Assembly (NCBI GenBank): GCA_041649675.1
Contig: JBAZMQ010000007.1
Span: 2,948 to 66,947, forward strand
Direction: 5' to 3'
DNA length: 64,000 nt
Source: Patescibacteria group bacterium
Lineage (GTDB): Bacteria; Patescibacteriota; Patescibacteriia; Buchananbacterales; UBA6539
Part shown: piece by piece, positions 60,190 through 64,000 of the stretch
Numbering within the stretch: position 1 is the stretch's first letter
Layout of the letters: each line of letters starts with the position of its first letter
Translations under genes and position numbers: made by a program
Notes under the pieces: model-generated
What the model was told of the DNA's origin: nothing
Database searches by the model: none
What the model saw: the letters and a program-made list of their open reading frames with translations, nothing else

Positions 60190-60546
60190 ATGATAATTTC
60201 AGTGTTTGGAGGCTCATCTTCAGGCGGCGATGGTCCGGGCTGGGTACCAAACACGACTTACGTGTTTAGCCCACCAGTACTGGCAGACGGTATTCCGGCT
60301 CATAAACCAAGGCAGTGCGAAGTCCAAATTCTTGAGTTTGCACGCGGTTCATACGTCGGCTATATTAAAGGCAATCACGTTTTTCTGGGTATGCCCATCA
60401 ATGACCCGCGGCAAGTGCCAGAGGACAAACGTGAGTGCTTCTTCTATGTTAAGCCGAGTATTATCGGCTCAAGAATGGAAGTTGAAGCACCGCCAAGAAG
60501 ACCGGGCTGGATGAAGGAAATCCTTGAAAAAGAAGGTTTGGAATGA
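60190..60546 (+). CDS. Hypothetical protein (118 aa), orphan unit
   Basis: TAAGGAGG RBS before ATG 60190; terminator GACGATTTGCA/TGCAGGTCGTC plus T7 at 60545-60575. Confidence 0.7.
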   Translation: MIISVFGGSSSGGDGPGWVPNTTYVFSPPVLADGIPAHKPRQCEVQILEFARGSYVGYIKGNHVFLGMPINDPRQVPEDKRECFFYVKPSIIGSRMEVEAPPRRPGWMKEILEKEGLE

Positions 60547-60604
60547 CGATTTGCATTTGCAGGTCGTCTTTTTTTAACTAACCCTAAATACTACAACCTA
60601 CTCA

Positions 60605-60955
60605 CTACTTACTATCGCCCGTCAATTCATCAATTTTTTCTAAAACACCATCCAAATTTTCATTCAATTCATTATTCCAAAATCTAACAATTTTGTAACC
60701 CTGGCTTTCTAAATACCTATCCCTAATAATATCAGATTTACTTTGTTTAGTTTCACTGTGTTGACCACCGTCCAACTCAATAACCAATTTCTTCTCAAAA
60801 CAGCAAAAATCAACGATGTATTTGCCTATCGGATACTGCCTTCTGAATTTTAAATCCTTAAATCTCTTATTTCGCAGCCAGTACCAGAGTTTATTTTCGT
60901 AGGGCGTCTGATTTTTTCTTAAATTCCTTGCCAAATGAATAAGTCTATTCCTCAT
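60605..60955 (-). CDS. DUF559 / Vsr-like endonuclease domain protein
   Basis: ARNLRKNQT..E..LW, KFRRQYPIGKYIVDF, IELDGGQH, RDRYLESQGYKIVRFWN. Confidence 0.93.
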   Translation of the reverse strand: MRNRLIHLARNLRKNQTPYENKLWYWLRNKRFKDLKFRRQYPIGKYIVDFCCFEKKLVIELDGGQHSETKQSKSDIIRDRYLESQGYKIVRFWNNELNENLDGVLEKIDELTGDSK

Positions 60956-60989
60956 ATTTTTATTATCTTAAGCATGAATCGCTTTGATT

Positions 60990-61105
60990 CCCCTCTCCCT
61001 TGAGGGAGAGGGTTAGGGTGAGGGGGAAAAAATGCACCCTCATCTGTCCCTCACCAATAGCCAAGAATGGACTGTTCGGAACACCTTCTCCCAAAGGGAG
61101 AAGGG
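60990..61105. repeat. Paired CCCTCTCCC/GGGAGAGGG hairpin element upstream of the DUF559 gene
   Basis: CCCTCTCCCTTGAGGGAGAGGG-TTAGGGTGAGGG .. CCCTCA .. CCTTCTCCCAAAGGGAGAAGG. Confidence 0.8.
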
Positions 61106-61149
61106 ATACTTAAAATTAGCTTTTTGCCGCAACACCTATTCACTATAAC

Positions 61150-63969
61150 CTACTTCAAAACTTCCTTTAGATACTTGCCCGTATAGCTCCACTTGGCGCT
61201 CTTGGCAATTTTTTCCGGCGTGCCTTCAACAATTATCCGACCGCCTTTATCCCCGCCACCCGGCCCTAAATCAATAATCCAATCACAGGATTTAATTACA
61301 TCTAAATTATGCTCAATTACCAAAACCGTATTGCCTTTGTCCACCAAACGATTTAAAACATCTAGCAGCCGGCTGACATCGGCAAAATGCAAACCGGTTG
61401 TCGGTTCATCCAAAATATACATCGTATTACCACCTTTGCGCGATAATTCAGAAGTCAATTTAATTCTTTGAGCTTCACCGCCGGACAAAGTCGTAGCTGA
61501 TTGACCCAAGGCAATATAGCCTAGACCAACATCATACAAGGTCTGTAACTTGGCCGCGATCGCCGGAATATTTTTAAAAAACTCCAGTGCTTCTTCCACC
61601 GTCATCTCTAAAATTTCAGAGATATTTTTACCTTTGTATTTTACCGCCAAGGTCTCCTGATTATAGCGAGTGCCTTTGCATTTCTCACAAGTAATATAAA
61701 CATCGGGCAAAAAATTCATTTCAATTTTTTTGACTCCCGCGCCTTCACACTCTTCGCAACGACCACCAGCAACATTGAAACTAAACCGACCAGCTTTATA
61801 ACCGCGGGTTTTGGCTTCCGGCGTTTGAACAAACAAATCACGGATTAATGTAAAAACACCAATATAAGTAACTGGATTGGAACGCGGAGTGCGGCCAATT
61901 GGCGATTGGTCAACAATTACTGCCTTGTCCAATTTACCATAACCGCGCATACTTTTATATTGACCTGGCTCTTCGGTTGAAGCCCAAAAAATTTTGTACA
62001 GCGCCTTGTAGAGAATGTCGTTAACCAAAGTACTTTTGCCTGAACCGGAAACTCCGGTCACGCAGGTAAAAACTTTAAGCGGAATTTTAACGTCAATATT
62101 TTTCAAATTATGTTCTTTGGCGCCAATAATTTCCAAATGGTCAAAAGCGTGCCGGCGTTTGGCCGGTATGGCAATAACTTCTTTTCGGGCTAAATATTGG
62201 CCAGTAATTGAATCCGGACATTTTTTAATTTGTTGAGGTGTGCCCGAGCAAACCACTTGACCGCCATAAATACCAGCGCCCGGACCCAAGTCGATGACAT
62301 AATCAGCGTTTAAAATCGTTTCTTCGTCATGTTCCACGACAATGACGGTATTACCTAAGTCACGCAACCGGCGCAAAGTCTCAATTAATTTTTCGTTGTC
62401 GCGCTGGTGCAAACCAATTGAAGGCTCGTCCAAGATATACAATACACCCCGCAATTCCGAACCAATTTGGGTAGCTAGCCTGATACGCTGAGCTTCACCG
62501 CCAGACAGGGTTCTAGCTTCGCGCGATAAGGTTAAATAATCCAAACCAACATTCAATAAAAACTGAAGCCGATCTTTAATTTCCTTTAGGATTAAATCGG
62601 CAATTTGCCGATCCGAAGGATTTAACTCTAATTCAGAAACAAAAGCCAGTAGTTTTTCAATTGATAACTCCGAAACTTCCGAAATATTTTTGCCATTAAT
62701 CTTTACTGCCAAAACTTCGGGTTTTAATCTCTTGCCATGGCAAACCGGACAAGAACCGGTGCGCATAAATTTTTCCATTTCCTGGCGTCGCCAATCCGAT
62801 TCGGTTTGTTTATGTAATCTCTCCAGTTGCGGGACAATGCCTTCAAAGTTGCCAGTCCAGCTGTGGCTCATGCCCCGATCCTGAGACTTAATATCAAACT
62901 TTATCTCTTCATCAGAGCCATGCAAAATAATATGCCTAATTTTTTCCGGTAATTTTTTCCACGGCGTCAATAAATCAAAATGATAATGCTTAGCCAGGCC
63001 ATCCAAAAGCTGTCCCCGCCAACCCTCACCGTAAGTTCGCCAGGGTTTAACCGCCCCTTCGGTCAAAGATAAATTCTGTTCGGGAATAATTAAATTAACG
63101 TCAAAATTTTGGGTAAAACCCAAACCATGGCACTCGGGACAAGCGCCAAACGGCGAATTAAACGAAAACATCCGTGGCTGCATTTCCTCAAAAGAAATGC
63201 CGCAATCGGTACAAGCCCGATGACGGGAAAATATTTTTTCTTCATTACCAATAACTGCTAAAACTAACCCAGCCGCTTGGTCCAAGGCAGTTTCAATCGC
63301 TTCGGTCAGACGGCTGATGACATTGGGTTTGATAATCAAGCGGTCAATCGGCACAGCAATATGATGACTAATCTGTTTTTTTAATTTTATTGATTCCCAA
63401 TCCGACAAATCGTGAAGTTTACCGTCAACTTTAATCTGGGCAAAACCTTTTTGGTGCAACTCTTTGAATAAATTTTCATAAGTGCCTTTGCGGCCGCGCA
63501 CGACTGGCGCCAAAATTTGCAGCTTGCTCCCGGGCTTTAATTTTTGTAAAGTTTCAGCAATTGATTCGGCCGATTGACCGCTGATGATTTTGCCGCACTG
63601 GGGACAATAAGGAACACCGATTCGGGCATAAAGCAAACGCAAATAATCATTAATTTCGGTAATCGTACCAACAGTTGACCGCGGATTTTGTGAAATTGAT
63701 TTTTGCTCAATTGAGATAGCTGGCGACAAACCAGTGATCTTATCCACGTCTGGCTTATTCATTAAACCCAAAAATTGCCGCGCGTAAGCCGACAAGGATT
63801 CAACGTAACGGCGCTGGCCTTCGGCATAAAGGGTATCAAAAGCCAACGTGGATTTGCCCGACCCGGAAAGCCCAGTTAAAACTGTTAGCTTATCAATCGG
63901 GATCTCAACGTTAATATTTTTTAGATTGTGCTCTCTGGCACCCAGGATTTTAATATAATTTTCACTCAT
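61150..63969 (-). CDS. uvrA: Excinuclease ABC subunit A
   Basis: [24 protein letters not shown], two ABC domains LSGGEAQRI, zinc fingers. Confidence 0.99.
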   Translation of the reverse strand: MSENYIKILGAREHNLKNINVEIPIDKLTVLTGLSGSGKSTLAFDTLYAEGQRRYVESLSAYARQFLGLMNKPDVDKITGLSPAISIEQKSISQNPRSTVGTITEINDYLRLLYARIGVPYCPQCGKIISGQSAESIAETLQKLKPGSKLQILAPVVRGRKGTYENLFKELHQKGFAQIKVDGKLHDLSDWESIKLKKQISHHIAVPIDRLIIKPNVISRLTEAIETALDQAAGLVLAVIGNEEKIFSRHRACTDCGISFEEMQPRMFSFNSPFGACPECHGLGFTQNFDVNLIIPEQNLSLTEGAVKPWRTYGEGWRGQLLDGLAKHYHFDLLTPWKKLPEKIRHIILHGSDEEIKFDIKSQDRGMSHSWTGNFEGIVPQLERLHKQTESDWRRQEMEKFMRTGSCPVCHGKRLKPEVLAVKINGKNISEVSELSIEKLLAFVSELELNPSDRQIADLILKEIKDRLQFLLNVGLDYLTLSREARTLSGGEAQRIRLATQIGSELRGVLYILDEPSIGLHQRDNEKLIETLRRLRDLGNTVIVVEHDEETILNADYVIDLGPGAGIYGGQVVCSGTPQQIKKCPDSITGQYLARKEVIAIPAKRRHAFDHLEIIGAKEHNLKNIDVKIPLKVFTCVTGVSGSGKSTLVNDILYKALYKIFWASTEEPGQYKSMRGYGKLDKAVIVDQSPIGRTPRSNPVTYIGVFTLIRDLFVQTPEAKTRGYKAGRFSFNVAGGRCEECEGAGVKKIEMNFLPDVYITCEKCKGTRYNQETLAVKYKGKNISEILEMTVEEALEFFKNIPAIAAKLQTLYDVGLGYIALGQSATTLSGGEAQRIKLTSELSRKGGNTMYILDEPTTGLHFADVSRLLDVLNRLVDKGNTVLVIEHNLDVIKSCDWIIDLGPGGGDKGGRIIVEGTPEKIAKSAKWSYTGKYLKEVLK

Positions 63970-64000
63970 ATGAATATATTTACTAATTTACTCCTCGTCT

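Noticed and set aside
41284-60575. Classical integron cassette array
   Set aside because: No intI or attC-like sites seen; units carry their own promoters, face both ways and are separated by core genes

Overview
AT-rich bacterial chromosomal segment using the standard genetic code. Gene content and style suggest Patescibacteria/CPR (inference: core genes mostly lack Shine-Dalgarno motifs; DUF5667-, DUF5671- and DUF3160-like proteins; CPR-type palindromes). The housekeeping backbone has a MacB/LolCDE-like ABC transporter, gyrB, secE-nusG-rplK-rplA, a dTTP-synthesis cluster (dCMP deaminase, kinase, dut, thyA, folA, tmk), gatB, a miaB-miaA fusion, thrS behind a T-box-like leader, dnaE, pheST, an AmmeMemoRadiSam B/A fusion, a UvrD-nuclease fusion, tatD, metG, rsmI, uvrC and uvrA. 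Three layers sit on top of it. (1) About 13 dispersed, visibly GC-richer one- or two-gene units. Each has a TTGAC/TTGCC-N17/18-TAnnnT promoter (except the unit cut by the window edge), a purine-rich RBS (usually AGGAG) and a U-tailed terminator. Two adjacent units share an identical 29-bp promoter but carry unrelated genes. (2) Many 7-bp-period repeat tracts and inverted-repeat elements; one encloses a four-helix-bundle gene and several lie in-frame inside proteins. (3) Other hairpin repeat families (GTCATT..AATGAC, CCCTCTCCC, CCTGCCTGCC). An unannotated 39-aa double SEC-C microprotein lies after tatD. No rRNA, tRNA, CRISPR array, integrase or transposase was recognised. All family assignments are by eye from motifs, not from database searches.
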